DNA of 64,000 nucleotides from Candidatus Aminicenantales bacterium (GTDB lineage: Bacteria; Acidobacteriota; Aminicenantia; Aminicenantales; Saccharicenantaceae), in the NCBI GenBank assembly GCA_049512315.1, contig JBEKXF010000001.1:62001-126000 (forward strand), written 5' to 3'. A model generated the notes under the pieces. The model was not told where the DNA came from, made no database searches, and was given only the letters and a program-made list of their open reading frames with translations. This document shows positions 1-10,755 of the stretch, in pieces (the first letter of the stretch is position 1; every line of letters begins with the position of its first letter). A program made the position numbers and the translations under genes.

Positions 1-1111
1 CGAAGATCTTATAGACAAAAACCATCAGGACGAACGTCGCGGCGAGGCCGGCCAGGACGACCTTGATATTGAGGTCCTTTTCGATGCGGCTTGAAACTTC
101 GGCTTGGCCTGCCGCCTTCTTGACGTCCCCCATCGATCTCTTAATGCCGGCGGCCAGGTTCTTGCGCATCTTAAAGAGGGTATAGCCGGCGCCGACCAGC
201 ATGCCGCCGACGGCGATCGGCCGGATGATGAACTTCCAGACGTTCGTCACCATGTCCGGCCAGGAGACGTCGGCCATGGCCATGCCGGGCCCGTAAAATG
301 TGCCGATGAGCTGCGGCCCGAGGAAATACATGAGGAGCGGGGCGAACAGGCCCCAGGCCAGAACGCCGCCCGCGAAGTTGAGGGAGGCCAAGCGGGGCCC
401 GATGATGTAGCCGACGCCGATGTAGGCGGGGTAGATGCCGGGGCCGGACACGGCCACGGTGCCGCCGGCGCCGATCTTCGGGGAGTCACCGGCAGCGCCG
501 AGGCGGACGAAGCTCGCCCCGAGCTTGCCGACCCTGATGATGAAGTCCTTGCTGGCGCTGAAGATCTGAATGGCACCCAGGGCATAGAGGAGTGAGCCGA
601 GTCCCATCGCTTGGAAGAGGAACTTCGACCCCTGGCTGCCCTTCTGGCCGGCCTTGTGGATTTCCGCGGCTGCGACGGATTCGGGAAAGACGAGGTCAGG
701 GTCGGAGACCATGACCCGCCGGAGGAAGGTCACGAACATGATGCCCAGGAGGCCGCCGACGAACATCAGGGCCGAGGATTTGAGGTAGGCCTCGAGGGTG
801 TTGAACTTCGTCCACGCCCCGGAGATGAGGAAGGCCGGGATAGTGAAAATCGCCCCGGCGGCGATGGACTCGCCGATGGACCCCACCGTCCGAGCGATGT
901 TCTCCTCGAGGATCGAGCCCTTCATGATTCGGAGGACGGCCATGCCGATGACAGCCGCGGGATACGTGGCCGCGATCGTCATCCCAGCCCGCAGCCCAAG
1001 GTAGGCGTTGGCGGCGCCGAGAATGACCGTCATGACGAGGCCGATGAGGATGGCCCGGAGTGTGAACTCCCTCTGGTCGGTTTTTTCGGGGACATAGGGT
1101 TGATAGCTCAT
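1..1111 (-). CDS. OPT-family oligopeptide transporter (runs off window start)
   Basis: Manual translation from ATG 1111: MSYQPYVPEKTDQREFTLRAILIGLVMTVILGAANAYLGLRAGMTIAATYPAAVI...LEENIARTVGSIGESIAAG, the typical OPT N-terminus; not in the ORF track because it is truncated. Confidence 0.88.
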   Translation of the reverse strand, partial: MSYQPYVPEKTDQREFTLRAILIGLVMTVILGAANAYLGLRAGMTIAATYPAAVIGMAVLRIMKGSILEENIARTVGSIGESIAAGAIFTIPAFLISGAWTKFNTLEAYLKSSALMFVGGLLGIMFVTFLRRVMVSDPDLVFPESVAAAEIHKAGQKGSQGSKFLFQAMGLGSLLYALGAIQIFSASKDFIIRVGKLGASFVRLGAAGDSPKIGAGGTVAVSGPGIYPAYIGVGYIIGPRLASLNFAGGVLAWGLFAPLLMYFLGPQLIGTFYGPGMAMADVSWPDMVTNVWKFIIRPIAVGGMLVGAGYTLFKMRKNLAAGIKRSMGDVKKAAGQAEVSSRIEKDLNIKVVLAGLAATFVLMVFVYKIF

Positions 1112-1253
1112 CGCGCGCTCCTTTCCGAAGTTTCCTATTGTATATTTGAAGTCCGGAAACAAAGTCAAGGGCCGCCGCCCGGAGAACGCCATTTTGGATT
1201 TGATTCCTCTGGGGAATTGTGCTAAATAAGGACTCGGTTGAAAGAGAGCGAAT

Positions 1254-2285
1254 ATGAACATCATCAGCTGGCTGAAGGAGCGGCTCTTCTGCGACCTCGC
1301 TGTTGACCTGGGGACCGCCAACACGCTGGTCTTTATCAAGGGCAAGGGGATCATCGTCCAGGAGCCCTCGATCTGCGTCATCAACAAGCTGACGGGCAAA
1401 GTGGAGGCCGTGGGTTCACGGGCCAAGGAGATGCTGGGGAAGACCCCGAATACCATCGTCGCCATCAAGCCCATGCGGGACGGGGTCATCGCGGACTTCG
1501 AGGTCGCTGAGAAGATGCTGGATTTCTTCATCAAGAAGGCGATGAACAACCGCGGCTTCCTCCTCCGGCCGCGGATCGTCATCGGCATCCCGACGGGGAT
1601 CACCCAGGTCGAGCGTCGGGCCGTCAAGGACGTCGCCCTGAGGTCCAAAGCGTCGGAGGTTTACCTCATCGAACAGCCGATTTCCGCCGCCATCGGCGCG
1701 GGCCTGCCGATCTCCGACCCCATGGGCAACATGATCGTCGACATCGGCGGCGGTACCACGGACATCGCCGTCATTTCGCTCAACGGCATCGTCTTCAACC
1801 ATTCCATCCGGGTCGCGGGCAACGAGATGGACGAGGCCATCATCCATTACCTCAAGAAGAAGTACAACCTCCTGATCGGGGAGCGGACGGCGGAGGCGGT
1901 GAAGATCCAGATCGGCTCGGCCTACCCGCTCGACGAGCCCATGACCATGGAGATCAAGGGCCGCGACCTCCGGGAGGGGATCCCGCGGACCATTGTCGTC
2001 GACGATCAGGAGATCCGGGAGGCGATCGAAGACACCGTCGCGGCCATCATCAACGCCATCCGGATCGCCCTGGAAAGGACGCCGCCCGAGCTGTCGGCCG
2101 ACATCATCGACCGAGGGATCATCCTGACCGGCGGCGGGGCCCTGCTCAAGAACCTGGACAAACGGATCCGGGAGGAGACACAGCTCCCCGTCTTCATCAC
2201 GGAAGACCCCCTGACGACGGTCGTCCTTGGGGCGGGGAAGATGCTCGACGACCTGGACCTTCTGAAAAAGATATCTCTGGTCTAG
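1254..2285 (+). CDS. mreB: Rod shape-determining actin homolog MreB
   Basis: DLGTANT, DIGGGTT and LTGGGALL motifs; first gene of the mre operon. Confidence 0.97.
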   Translation: MNIISWLKERLFCDLAVDLGTANTLVFIKGKGIIVQEPSICVINKLTGKVEAVGSRAKEMLGKTPNTIVAIKPMRDGVIADFEVAEKMLDFFIKKAMNNRGFLLRPRIVIGIPTGITQVERRAVKDVALRSKASEVYLIEQPISAAIGAGLPISDPMGNMIVDIGGGTTDIAVISLNGIVFNHSIRVAGNEMDEAIIHYLKKKYNLLIGERTAEAVKIQIGSAYPLDEPMTMEIKGRDLREGIPRTIVVDDQEIREAIEDTVAAIINAIRIALERTPPELSADIIDRGIILTGGGALLKNLDKRIREETQLPVFITEDPLTTVVLGAGKMLDDLDLLKKISLV

Positions 2286-2316
2286 CATTCCGGGCCCGGC
2301 GGCTTCGAGAGGCTCC

Positions 2317-3150
2317 ATGCCCATTTGGCAGAAACGGACTCACTTCGTCGTCCTGGCGGGGTTGATCTTCTTTCACCTGATCCTGATCTCCATCCAGGTC
2401 CCGCTCGGCAGCGAAAAGAAGCTCTTCGGGCGGGCCGTGTTCTTCGTTTTCTCACCGCTCCAGAAGGGCGTCGTCTCAGGCTTCCGGGGCGTCCGATCGG
2501 CCTGGACGGGCTATTTCGACCTCCGCCGCATCCGCCAGGAAAACCAGAAGCTGAAGCAGGAGCTGTTCTTCTTCAGCCAGGAGAAGCGCTTCCTCGAAGA
2601 CCGGCTTCTTCTTTTCCGGTCCGAGGCCGAGGTCCGGGCGAGCCTGGACGCGTTCCGGCAGTCCCTGATCACCGCCCGGGTGGTCGGGGCGGACGCCGGC
2701 AATTACTATCGGTCGCTGATCTTGGACAAGGGCAGCCTGGACGGCGTCAAGCCGGACATGGCCGTCTGCGACCGTTTCGGGAACCTGGTCGGCCGGACGA
2801 TCCCCCCCGTGTCCCTGAAAGAGGCCATGGTCCAGCTCATCACGGACCCGGAGAGCAGCGTCAGCGTCATCTCCGTCACCGACAGGGTCGTCGGCATCGT
2901 GTCCGGGAGGCAGGGGGCCCTTTGCGGCCTGAAGTATATCCTGTCCAGCGTCGGGGGGGGACAGGAAGGGGAAGAGTTGATCACGACGGGTTTCGACAAG
3001 ATCTACCCGGCGGGGATCCGGGTCGGCCAGATCCTCTCCATCAAGCCCACGCCCTCCGTTTTCAAGGAGATCGTCGTCAAGCCCTCCTTCAGCTTCTCCG
3101 CGCTCGAGGCTGTGGCCATCCTGCCCAGGGTCTCCGGAGGCGCGGAGTGA
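2317..3150 (+). CDS. mreC: Rod shape-determining protein MreC
   Basis: N-terminal TM, coiled coil, LILDKGSLDGV and TTGFDKIYPAGI motifs; follows mreB. Confidence 0.92.
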   Translation: MPIWQKRTHFVVLAGLIFFHLILISIQVPLGSEKKLFGRAVFFVFSPLQKGVVSGFRGVRSAWTGYFDLRRIRQENQKLKQELFFFSQEKRFLEDRLLLFRSEAEVRASLDAFRQSLITARVVGADAGNYYRSLILDKGSLDGVKPDMAVCDRFGNLVGRTIPPVSLKEAMVQLITDPESSVSVISVTDRVVGIVSGRQGALCGLKYILSSVGGGQEGEELITTGFDKIYPAGIRVGQILSIKPTPSVFKEIVVKPSFSFSALEAVAILPRVSGGAE

Positions 3151-3641
3151 AGGGAAGTGTGCTGAAGGATATCCTGCGGGCCGGGCTGGCCACCGCGGCG
3201 GCCTTTTTCTTTTATTCGCTTCTCGGAGGGTTCGGCCCGTCCACGCTGTTCGTCCTGAACGCCTTCTCCGTGGTCGTGGTGACGTTCTCGGTCGGCCAAG
3301 GGGAGATCTTCGGCGCGGCCCTGGGCGCCGTGTGCGGCCTCATCCAGGACTCTTTTTCGCTCGGCGTTTTCGGCGTCGCGGGCCTGACCAAGACCCTCCT
3401 CGGCTTCTGGACCGGCTATGTTTCCCGGCGTATGGATGTCACCCCATTCTTCAGGAACGTCGCCTTCCTCCTGGTGATGTCCTCCCTCGAGCTCGTCCTG
3501 TGGGTCCTGCTCAACGCTCTCGTCCTCAGGGAGCATGTGGACCTTCGGCACGGACTGATCGTCCTGCAGCCCCTGGTGACGGCCCTGCTGGGGAGCTTCA
3601 TCCTGAACGTCGCGCGGAGGATCCAGGCCCGCCGCGCCTGA
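3147..3641 (+). CDS. mreD: Rod shape-determining protein MreD
   Basis: Hydrophobic C-terminal part of ORF 2325..3641; GTG overlaps the mreC stop; GLIQDSFS..FG motif. Confidence 0.85.
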   Translation: MKGSVLKDILRAGLATAAAFFFYSLLGGFGPSTLFVLNAFSVVVVTFSVGQGEIFGAALGAVCGLIQDSFSLGVFGVAGLTKTLLGFWTGYVSRRMDVTPFFRNVAFLLVMSSLELVLWVLLNALVLREHVDLRHGLIVLQPLVTALLGSFILNVARRIQARRA

Positions 3642-3649
3642 GCTCCATC

Positions 3650-5455
3650 ATGCCCGGGGACAAGATCTACGAGGACCTGACGGTCATCGTCCGGAGGGCC
3701 AACGCCGTTTTCCGCGTCGTGGCCATCCTCGTTCTCCTCTGCCTCTGCTATTACTGGAAGGTCCAGATCCTGGACTACAAGAAATACTGGGGCCTGGCCG
3801 AGGCCAACCGGACCAGGACCCGGGTGGTGAGCGCACCGAGGGGCCTCGTCCGCGACCGTAACGGGGAGCTCCTGGCTGACAACCAGGCTAGCTTCAAGGT
3901 CTCCCTGATCCGGGACAACGTCAAGAACGCCGCCGCGTCCTACCCCGCGATCAGCAAGCTCCTGGGCATCAGCGAAGAAGAGCTCCGGAGCCGGATCGAA
4001 AGATACAAGAACCTGCCGGCCTTCGAGCCCGTGATCATCAAGGACGGCCTGGCCCCGGAGGAGATCGCCCCGATCGAGGGCCGGCGGCTGGAATTCCCCG
4101 AGCTCGAGGTCGCCGCGGAACCGAAGCGGTTCTATCCCAAAAAGACGACGGCCGCCCATATCCTCGGCTATCTACAGGAACGGTCGCCGGAGGAGATCCG
4201 GGACAACCCCGGGCGCGGGGCGGCCCTGGGCGACATGGGCGGGCGGGCGGGGATCGAAAGGCAATACGATGACCGGTTGACAGGGACGGACGGCGCCGTC
4301 CTCGAGATCGTCGATAGCCTGGGCCGGAAGAGAAGCGAACAGGTGACCCAGGACCCGGCGCCCGGCCAGGAGATCCATCTGACCATTGACGCCCGGCTCC
4401 AAGCCAGGGCGGAGGAGCTCCTCGGGGAAAAGGAAGGGGCCATCGTGGCCCTCGACCCCTCGACCGGCGAGATCTTGGCTTTGGCCAGCTCCCCCAGGTT
4501 CGACCCGAACCGGTTCATCACCCGGTTCACGCCGGAAGAATGGGTGCAGTTCGTCAATGACCCGGCGTCGCCGCTCGAGAACAGGGCCGTGCGCGGCCTT
4601 TATTCCCCGGGTTCGATCTTCAAGATCGTCATGGCCCTCACCGGGCTGGACCTCGGCTACGTCACGGACCAGACGACGGTCTATTGCAACGGCTCCATCC
4701 AGATCTACGGAAGCTCGCGCGCCTGCTGGTTCGCGCCCGGCCACGGAAGCATGAACCTGGCCAACGCCATCAAGAACTCCTGCAACATCTACTTCTACAC
4801 CCTCGGCCGCCAGATGGGGATCGATGCAATCGCCAAGGGGGCGGAGGAGCTGGGGCTGGGCCGGAAGACCGGCCTGGACATCCCCGGGGAAAAGGAGGGG
4901 CTCGTCCCGAGCTCCGAATGGAAGATGAAAGCCCTGAAGACCCCCTGGTTTCCCGGAGAGACGATCTCCGTGGCCATCGGGCAGGGCCAGCTTCAAGTGA
5001 CGCCCCTTCAGATCGCCGCCCTGACGGCGATGGTCGCGAACCGGGGGACGAGGACCGTGCCGCACCTCGTCCTGGACCCGGCGAACTCCAAGACAACGTC
5101 CCCCCCGGAAGCCGCCGCCCCTCCTCCCTTCAAGCGCTCGACGTTCGAGAGCCTCATCGAAGGCATGTGGAGGTCGGTCAATGACCATGGGACGGGACAA
5201 GCCGCCCGGGTCGAGGGTTTGGATGCCTGCGGCAAGACGGGGTCGACCCAGGTCGTGAGCCGGGAAAGGGCGGAAATGCTGGCCCGAGCCGGCAAACCCA
5301 TCAAGACCCATTCGTGGTTCACCGGCTTCGCTCCCCGCGTGAATCCCCGTATCGTCGTGACGGTCCTCATCGAGTACGGCGGCGGCGGCGGCGCGGTCGC
5401 CGGCCCCGTGGCCGGCCAGATATTCAGCCTCTGGAAGGACATCTATAAGAAATGA
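3650..5455 (+). CDS. mrdA: Penicillin-binding protein 2
   Basis: SxxK (PGSIFK), SxN (SCN) and KTG motifs; APRGLVRDRNG; start re-called at ATG 3650. Confidence 0.95.
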   Translation: MPGDKIYEDLTVIVRRANAVFRVVAILVLLCLCYYWKVQILDYKKYWGLAEANRTRTRVVSAPRGLVRDRNGELLADNQASFKVSLIRDNVKNAAASYPAISKLLGISEEELRSRIERYKNLPAFEPVIIKDGLAPEEIAPIEGRRLEFPELEVAAEPKRFYPKKTTAAHILGYLQERSPEEIRDNPGRGAALGDMGGRAGIERQYDDRLTGTDGAVLEIVDSLGRKRSEQVTQDPAPGQEIHLTIDARLQARAEELLGEKEGAIVALDPSTGEILALASSPRFDPNRFITRFTPEEWVQFVNDPASPLENRAVRGLYSPGSIFKIVMALTGLDLGYVTDQTTVYCNGSIQIYGSSRACWFAPGHGSMNLANAIKNSCNIYFYTLGRQMGIDAIAKGAEELGLGRKTGLDIPGEKEGLVPSSEWKMKALKTPWFPGETISVAIGQGQLQVTPLQIAALTAMVANRGTRTVPHLVLDPANSKTTSPPEAAAPPPFKRSTFESLIEGMWRSVNDHGTGQAARVEGLDACGKTGSTQVVSRERAEMLARAGKPIKTHSWFTGFAPRVNPRIVVTVLIEYGGGGGAVAGPVAGQIFSLWKDIYKK

Positions 5456-6546
5456 TGTTCGACAGGCGGCTCATCCAAGAGATCGACTGGGTTCTCATCG
5501 GGCTTGTCCTGCTCCTGACCCTCTCGGGCGTCCTGTTCATCTACAGCTCCTCCCACTTCCTGCCGAAAAGCTATTACCTGAGGCAGCTCGTCTGGGTCGG
5601 GATCAGCCTGTTCGCTGTTTTCCTCGTCGTCGCGGTGGACTACAAGTTCCTGGTTTCGTTTTCGTTCTATCTCTATTTCCTGATCGTCGCCGTCCTGGCC
5701 GGAAGTCTGGCTTTCGCCCGGCTCGTCGCCGGGACAAAAAGCTGGGTCAAGTTCGGGCTCTTCCAGGTCCAGCCCTCGGAGCTGGCCAAGGTCGTCATGA
5801 TTCTGGTCCTCGCCCGGCTCTTCGCCGAGTACAAGGGACGCTATCTGAACACTCCATCCGCCGCGCTGGCCCTGTTGCTGGCCGGAGTCCCCCTCTTTCT
5901 GATCGTCATCCAGCCGGACCTGGGGACCGCCCTAACGTTCTTAGCCATCCTGGGCGGGGCCTTCATCCTGGCCGGGCTGAAGAAAAAGGCGATCCTCCTC
6001 TTCCTCGTGGTTTCCCTTGTCGTCGGCGTCGGAGGCTGGAACTTCGCGTTGAAGGACTACCAGAAAAAGCGGCTGACCACCCTCCTCAACCCCGGCCAGG
6101 ACCTGCGGGGGTCGGGATACCAGATCATGCAATCCAAGATCGCCATCGGCTCGGGGGGGCTGACCGGGAAAGGCTTTATGAAGGGGTCCCAGAGCCAGCT
6201 CCGCTTCCTGCCGGCCCGCCACACGGACTTCATCTTCTCCGTGATCGGCGAGGAATTCGGGTTCCTGGGAGTGTTCATCATTCTCCTCATCTATTTCCTG
6301 ATGCTTGCCCGCATGTTCCTGTCGGTGGCGAAGGCCAGGGACAGGGCGGGCGTGTATATCATCTTCATGGCCTCCATGCTCATCGCCTTCCAATTCCTCA
6401 TCAACGTCCTGATGATCATCGGGCTCTTTCCTGTGACGGGCGTCCCGCTCCCGTTCGTGAGCTACGGCGGTTCCTCGCTCATCTCGAACTATATCGCCTG
6501 CGGCCTGATCCTGAACGTGAAGATGAGACGGTTCGCGAATGTTTGA
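5452..6546 (+). CDS. rodA: SEDS glycosyltransferase RodA
   Basis: QPSELAK, QPDLGT, HTDFIF and PLPFVSYGGSS motifs. Confidence 0.95.
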   Translation: MMFDRRLIQEIDWVLIGLVLLLTLSGVLFIYSSSHFLPKSYYLRQLVWVGISLFAVFLVVAVDYKFLVSFSFYLYFLIVAVLAGSLAFARLVAGTKSWVKFGLFQVQPSELAKVVMILVLARLFAEYKGRYLNTPSAALALLLAGVPLFLIVIQPDLGTALTFLAILGGAFILAGLKKKAILLFLVVSLVVGVGGWNFALKDYQKKRLTTLLNPGQDLRGSGYQIMQSKIAIGSGGLTGKGFMKGSQSQLRFLPARHTDFIFSVIGEEFGFLGVFIILLIYFLMLARMFLSVAKARDRAGVYIIFMASMLIAFQFLINVLMIIGLFPVTGVPLPFVSYGGSSLISNYIACGLILNVKMRRFANV

Positions 6547-9100
6547 CGCCTCCCTGAAAAGGATCCTCACCAAGGTCGAGAAGCCCAGCCGCTATGTGGG
6601 AGGGGAGTGGAACGAGATCAAGAAAAGGCCCGGGACCGCGGCCGTCAAGGTCGCCCTGGCCTTTCCCGACGTCTACGAGATCGGGATGTCCTATCTGGGC
6701 CAAAAGATCCTCTATGCCCTCCTGAACAGGGACCCGTCGGTCCTGGCCGAGCGCGTCTTCGCCCCCTGGCCGGACTTCGAGCGGGAGCTGCGGCGGGCGG
6801 GCGTTCCCCTCGCGTCACTCGAGAACGCGATCCCCCTCCGCGATTTCGACATCGTCGGCTTCTCGCTCCTTTACGAGTTGAATTATTCCAACATTCTGAC
6901 CATCCTGGACCTCGGTGGGATCCCCCTTCTCGCGGCCGACCGGGACGGTCGCCATTCGTTGGTCATCGCCGGAGGCCCGGCCGCCTTTAACCCCGAGCCC
7001 GTGGCCGAGATCTTCGACCTGATCGTCCTCGGCGACGGAGAGGAGGCATTCCCCGAGGTCATCGCGGCGTGGCGCTCCCTCCGGAGCCGGGGGCTCGACC
7101 GTCCCGCTCTCCTCAGGGAGATGGCCCGCATCGAGAGCATCTATGTCCCTTCCCTTTATGAGCCGGAGAGACACGGAGCGTCGCCGCTCCTCATTCCCCG
7201 TCCCCGGGACGGAGCCCCGCCGCGGATCGCAAAAAGGGTCCTGAGGGGGTTCGAAAGGTCCTTTTTCCCCGAGAAGATCATCGTCCCCAGCCTGAGGGTG
7301 GTTTTCGATCGGGTGGCCATGGAAGCGGCTCGGGGCTGCCCCCAGAGCTGCCGCTTCTGCCAGGCGGCGAGCCTCTATTTCCCGCCGCGGACGAAGGACC
7401 CCGGCCTCGTCATCAAGACCATGGTCCGCAGCCTCCGCCAAACCGGCTATGAGGACAGCTCCCTTTCCGCTCTCTCGGTCAGCGATTATCCTTATCTCGA
7501 AGAGACCGTCCGGTGCCTCATGGACGAGCTGGCCCGCGAAAAGATATCGCTCTCTCTCTCGTCCCTGCGGCCGCGCGGCCTCTCTCCCGAGCTCGTGAAA
7601 AGCATCCTCAAGGTGCGGAAAACGGGCTTCACTCTCGTCCCGGAGGCGGGCACGGAGCGGCTCCGGGCGGTCATCAACAAGAGGCTCACCGACGAGGAGA
7701 TCCGGGACGCTCTGACGACCGCTTTTTCGGGCGGCTGGAAGCTCGTCAAGCTCTATTTCATGGCCGGCCTGCCGACGGAAACCGACGAGGATCTCAAGGG
7801 GATCGTGGACATGGTCCGGCGCAGCCTGGACCTCGGGCGTTCCATCCTCGGCACTTCCCCCCGGATCCACCTCAGTCTCTCCTCGTTCATTCCCAAGCCC
7901 CACACGCCTTTCCAATGGTTGGGAATGGAGAACGAGAGGTCGCTCGCGGAGAAGCAGCGCTTTGTCCGGTCCGAGCTCGGCCGGGCAAGGTCCGTGGAGT
8001 TCAAAGACCACCCGGTCAAAACCTCTGTCCTCGAGGCCGTTTTTTCTCGAGGAGACAGGCGGCTCAACCGGGTCCTCGTCCGGGCCTGGTCCAAGGGTGC
8101 CCGGTTCGATAGCTGGGGTGACCGGCTCGACTTCACCCTCTGGGAGCAGGCCTTCGCCGAGGAGGCGGTCGACCCCGGCGACTACCTGGGGCCTATCGAC
8201 CCGTCGTCGGCCCTGCCCTGGGACCACATCGACACCGGCATCCGGAAATCCCACCTCCGTCGCGAGCTCGAGCGGGCCCTCCGGGCCGAGCCGTCGCCGA
8301 CCTGCCTGGAGAGGTCGTGCGCGGAGTGCGAAGGCTGTGACGTGCGGTTCTGGAAAAAGAAGCCGGCCCCCTTTCGGAAGCCGGCCCTGACCGCCGCTCG
8401 GCCTCCGCTCGGCGAAAGGTCGGAGGAGACCTTCAGGTACAGGGTCATCTATTCCAAGAAGGGGAAGGCCCGCTACCTCTCCCATATCGACCTCATCCAC
8501 GTCCTCCAGCGGAGCTTTCGGAGAGCCGGAGTCGAGGTTCGTCAGACCCTGGGGTTCCATCCGAAAATGGATTTTTCCTACGGACCCGCCCTTCCGCTCG
8601 GGATGGAGGGGCTGCGGGAAATCCTGGAATTCAAGGCGTCTTTTCGCCTGGACGGCGTCAAGTTCTTGGCCCGGACGAACCGGTCCCTTCCGCCCGGGGT
8701 CCGGTTTCTCCGCCTCGATCGCCTCGGGCCGGGGGAGCCCTCGCTCACCGGCGCGATCTGCGGACTCGTTTATTCCATGGACTGGAAAGGGGAGGAGTTC
8801 CGGACGGCCTGGCGGGATTCCCGGCCGGAGGAGGGAGGCATGGGAACGGCGATTCCTGAGCTCGCCGGGCTCAAAAACCGCCTGGCCGGGTTCCTCGAGA
8901 ACAAGCCCGAAGGGGCCGCCGTTCGGACCGCGCTCAAGGGCCGCCGGCTCCTCCTGCTCCTGCCTCCGGATCCCCGGAGGGGCTTCCGCCCTCAGGACAT
9001 CGTCGCCGAGGCCCTCGGGATCCTGGACCCGGTATTCCTCCTCAGGCGGGACGAGATCATCCTCGGATCCGGACCTCCGTCAATTGACAGGGCCGTCTGA
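6539..9100 (+). CDS. TIGR03960-type B12-binding radical SAM protein fused to a TIGR03936/DUF2344-like C-terminal domain
   Basis: KPSRYVGGE, AFPDVYEIGMS, CxxxCxxC (CPQSCRFC); C-terminal RYLSHIDL...GFHPK...ALPLG. Confidence 0.88.
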   Translation: MFDASLKRILTKVEKPSRYVGGEWNEIKKRPGTAAVKVALAFPDVYEIGMSYLGQKILYALLNRDPSVLAERVFAPWPDFERELRRAGVPLASLENAIPLRDFDIVGFSLLYELNYSNILTILDLGGIPLLAADRDGRHSLVIAGGPAAFNPEPVAEIFDLIVLGDGEEAFPEVIAAWRSLRSRGLDRPALLREMARIESIYVPSLYEPERHGASPLLIPRPRDGAPPRIAKRVLRGFERSFFPEKIIVPSLRVVFDRVAMEAARGCPQSCRFCQAASLYFPPRTKDPGLVIKTMVRSLRQTGYEDSSLSALSVSDYPYLEETVRCLMDELAREKISLSLSSLRPRGLSPELVKSILKVRKTGFTLVPEAGTERLRAVINKRLTDEEIRDALTTAFSGGWKLVKLYFMAGLPTETDEDLKGIVDMVRRSLDLGRSILGTSPRIHLSLSSFIPKPHTPFQWLGMENERSLAEKQRFVRSELGRARSVEFKDHPVKTSVLEAVFSRGDRRLNRVLVRAWSKGARFDSWGDRLDFTLWEQAFAEEAVDPGDYLGPIDPSSALPWDHIDTGIRKSHLRRELERALRAEPSPTCLERSCAECEGCDVRFWKKKPAPFRKPALTAARPPLGERSEETFRYRVIYSKKGKARYLSHIDLIHVLQRSFRRAGVEVRQTLGFHPKMDFSYGPALPLGMEGLREILEFKASFRLDGVKFLARTNRSLPPGVRFLRLDRLGPGEPSLTGAICGLVYSMDWKGEEFRTAWRDSRPEEGGMGTAIPELAGLKNRLAGFLENKPEGAAVRTALKGRRLLLLLPPDPRRGFRPQDIVAEALGILDPVFLLRRDEIILGSGPPSIDRAV

Positions 9101-9112
9101 ATCCGATACACT
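9084..9112 (+). promoter_or_regulatory. Sigma70-like promoter of acyl-CoA dehydrogenase
   Basis: TTGACA (9084-9089), 17 nt spacer, TACACT (9107-9112). Confidence 0.55.
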
Positions 9113-9166
9113 GCGGCTGCTTTTTCGATAAAATCCATAGAATCTCTCAGGGTCCCGGGAGGACGC

Positions 9167-10321
9167 ATGATCGACTTCAACCTGACCGAAGACCAGATCG
9201 CCCTTCAGGAGATGGCCCGCGAGTTCGCGGAAAAGGAGATGAGGCCCAAGGCTGCGAAATACGACCAGGGTCACGAGTTCCCCGAGGACGTCATGAAAAA
9301 GGCCTTCGAGGTCGGATTCCTGACCTGCACGGTCCCCTCCGAATACGGCGGCGGCGGCCTCAGCGACCTCGAGACGGCGATCGTCAGCGAGGAGCTCGCC
9401 CGGGGCTGCCCCGGGATGTACACGACCATGATGGCCAACTCGCTGGCCTTCACGCCCATCGTCCTCTTCGGCACCGACGAGCAGAAAAAGCGGTTCTTCG
9501 GGCCCTTCACGAAGCACATGGCCTTCGCCTCCTACTGTCTCACCGAGCGCGAAGCGGGCTCCGACACGTCGGCCATCCGGACGATGGCCAGGAAGGCTGG
9601 CTGCGAGTACGTCCTCAACGGCTCTAAGTGCTTTATCACCAACGGGGGTGTGGCCAGCCTCTATGTCGTCTTCGCTAACTCCGCGCCGGAGAAGGGCGCC
9701 CGCGGGCTGAGCGTCTTTTGCGTCCCGCGGGAGACGCCCGGGGTCACGGTCGGGAAGGTCGAGGATAAAATGGGCCAGCGGGCTTCCAATACCACTGAGC
9801 TCTTTTTCGAGGACGCCCGGGTCCCGGCGGACCATCTCATCGGCCGGGAGGGCCTCGGCTTCATCGTCGCCATGCGGACGTTCGACAAGACGCGGGCGGC
9901 GGTGGGGGCCGCGGGGGTGGGCATCGCCCGGGCCGCCCTCGAGGGTGCCGTCGACTATTCCAAGACCCGCGTCCAGTTCGGCAAGCCTATCGCCTCCTTC
10001 CAGGCGACGGCCTTCAAGATCGCCCAGATGGCCATGGAGGTCGACGCGGCCCGGCTCCTCGTCTGGCGGGCCGCTTGGCTCATGGACCACGGCAAGCCGT
10101 GCGGGGCGGAATCGGCCATGGCCAAATGCTTCGGTTCGGACGTGGCCATGCGGACGGCGCTCGAGGCGCTCCAGATATTCGGCGGGTATGGCTATATGAG
10201 GGATTACCCCATCGAGAAGCTCGTCCGGGACGCGAAACTCCTCCAGATCTACGAGGGGACGAACGAAATCCAGCGACTGGTGATCTCGAGGGAAGTGATC
10301 GGCCCCTTCAAGGGCCGCTGA
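9167..10321 (+). CDS. Acyl-CoA dehydrogenase
   Basis: LTEREAGSD, LNGSKCFITNG, QIFGGYGY and IYEGTNEIQR motifs. Confidence 0.95.
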   Translation: MIDFNLTEDQIALQEMAREFAEKEMRPKAAKYDQGHEFPEDVMKKAFEVGFLTCTVPSEYGGGGLSDLETAIVSEELARGCPGMYTTMMANSLAFTPIVLFGTDEQKKRFFGPFTKHMAFASYCLTEREAGSDTSAIRTMARKAGCEYVLNGSKCFITNGGVASLYVVFANSAPEKGARGLSVFCVPRETPGVTVGKVEDKMGQRASNTTELFFEDARVPADHLIGREGLGFIVAMRTFDKTRAAVGAAGVGIARAALEGAVDYSKTRVQFGKPIASFQATAFKIAQMAMEVDAARLLVWRAAWLMDHGKPCGAESAMAKCFGSDVAMRTALEALQIFGGYGYMRDYPIEKLVRDAKLLQIYEGTNEIQRLVISREVIGPFKGR

Positions 10322-10332
10322 CCGCGCTCGGC

Positions 10333-10722
10333 CTATTCTTCGATGTACTCCGGAATGAGGGCCAGATTGTCGATGCCCGCACCCTTGGCGATATCGATGA
10401 CTTCCATGACCTTGCTGAAGGGGAGCTTGGCCAGGGCACGGATGAAGATGGTCTTGTCCTGGCGCGTGGAGTACAGGCGCCGAAGCTCTTCGAGCAGGCC
10501 GCGAAGCTCGTAGCCGATGCCGTTGATCTCGACGCGGTCGGCGTTCTTGAGGGTCAGGACGATCAACCCGCTCGGCTGGCCGCCGCCGGACGAATCGGAC
10601 TGGGTTTCGGGCAACTTGACATCTATGCCTTTCTGGACAAGAGGCGTGATGACCATGAAAATGATCAGAAGAACCAGCAGGACGTCACAGAGCGGAACGA
10701 CATTGGGTTCTGCTTTAGCCAT
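10333..10722 (-). CDS. exbD: ExbD/TolR family biopolymer transport protein
   Basis: PNVVPLCDVLLVLLIIFMV TM signature, then a periplasmic domain. Confidence 0.88.
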   Translation of the reverse strand: MAKAEPNVVPLCDVLLVLLIIFMVITPLVQKGIDVKLPETQSDSSGGGQPSGLIVLTLKNADRVEINGIGYELRGLLEELRRLYSTRQDKTIFIRALAKLPFSKVMEVIDIAKGAGIDNLALIPEYIEE

Positions 10723-10755
10723 AGAAGCCTCCTCCGTGCAACTCTAAGGACTTTT

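Noticed and set aside
104..1225. Plus-strand ORFs 104..595 and 611..1225
   Set aside because: Antisense shadows of the OPT transporter
6539..9100. Radical SAM fusion after rodA as a novelty
   Set aside because: The TIGR03960/TIGR03936 arrangement next to rodA is already known
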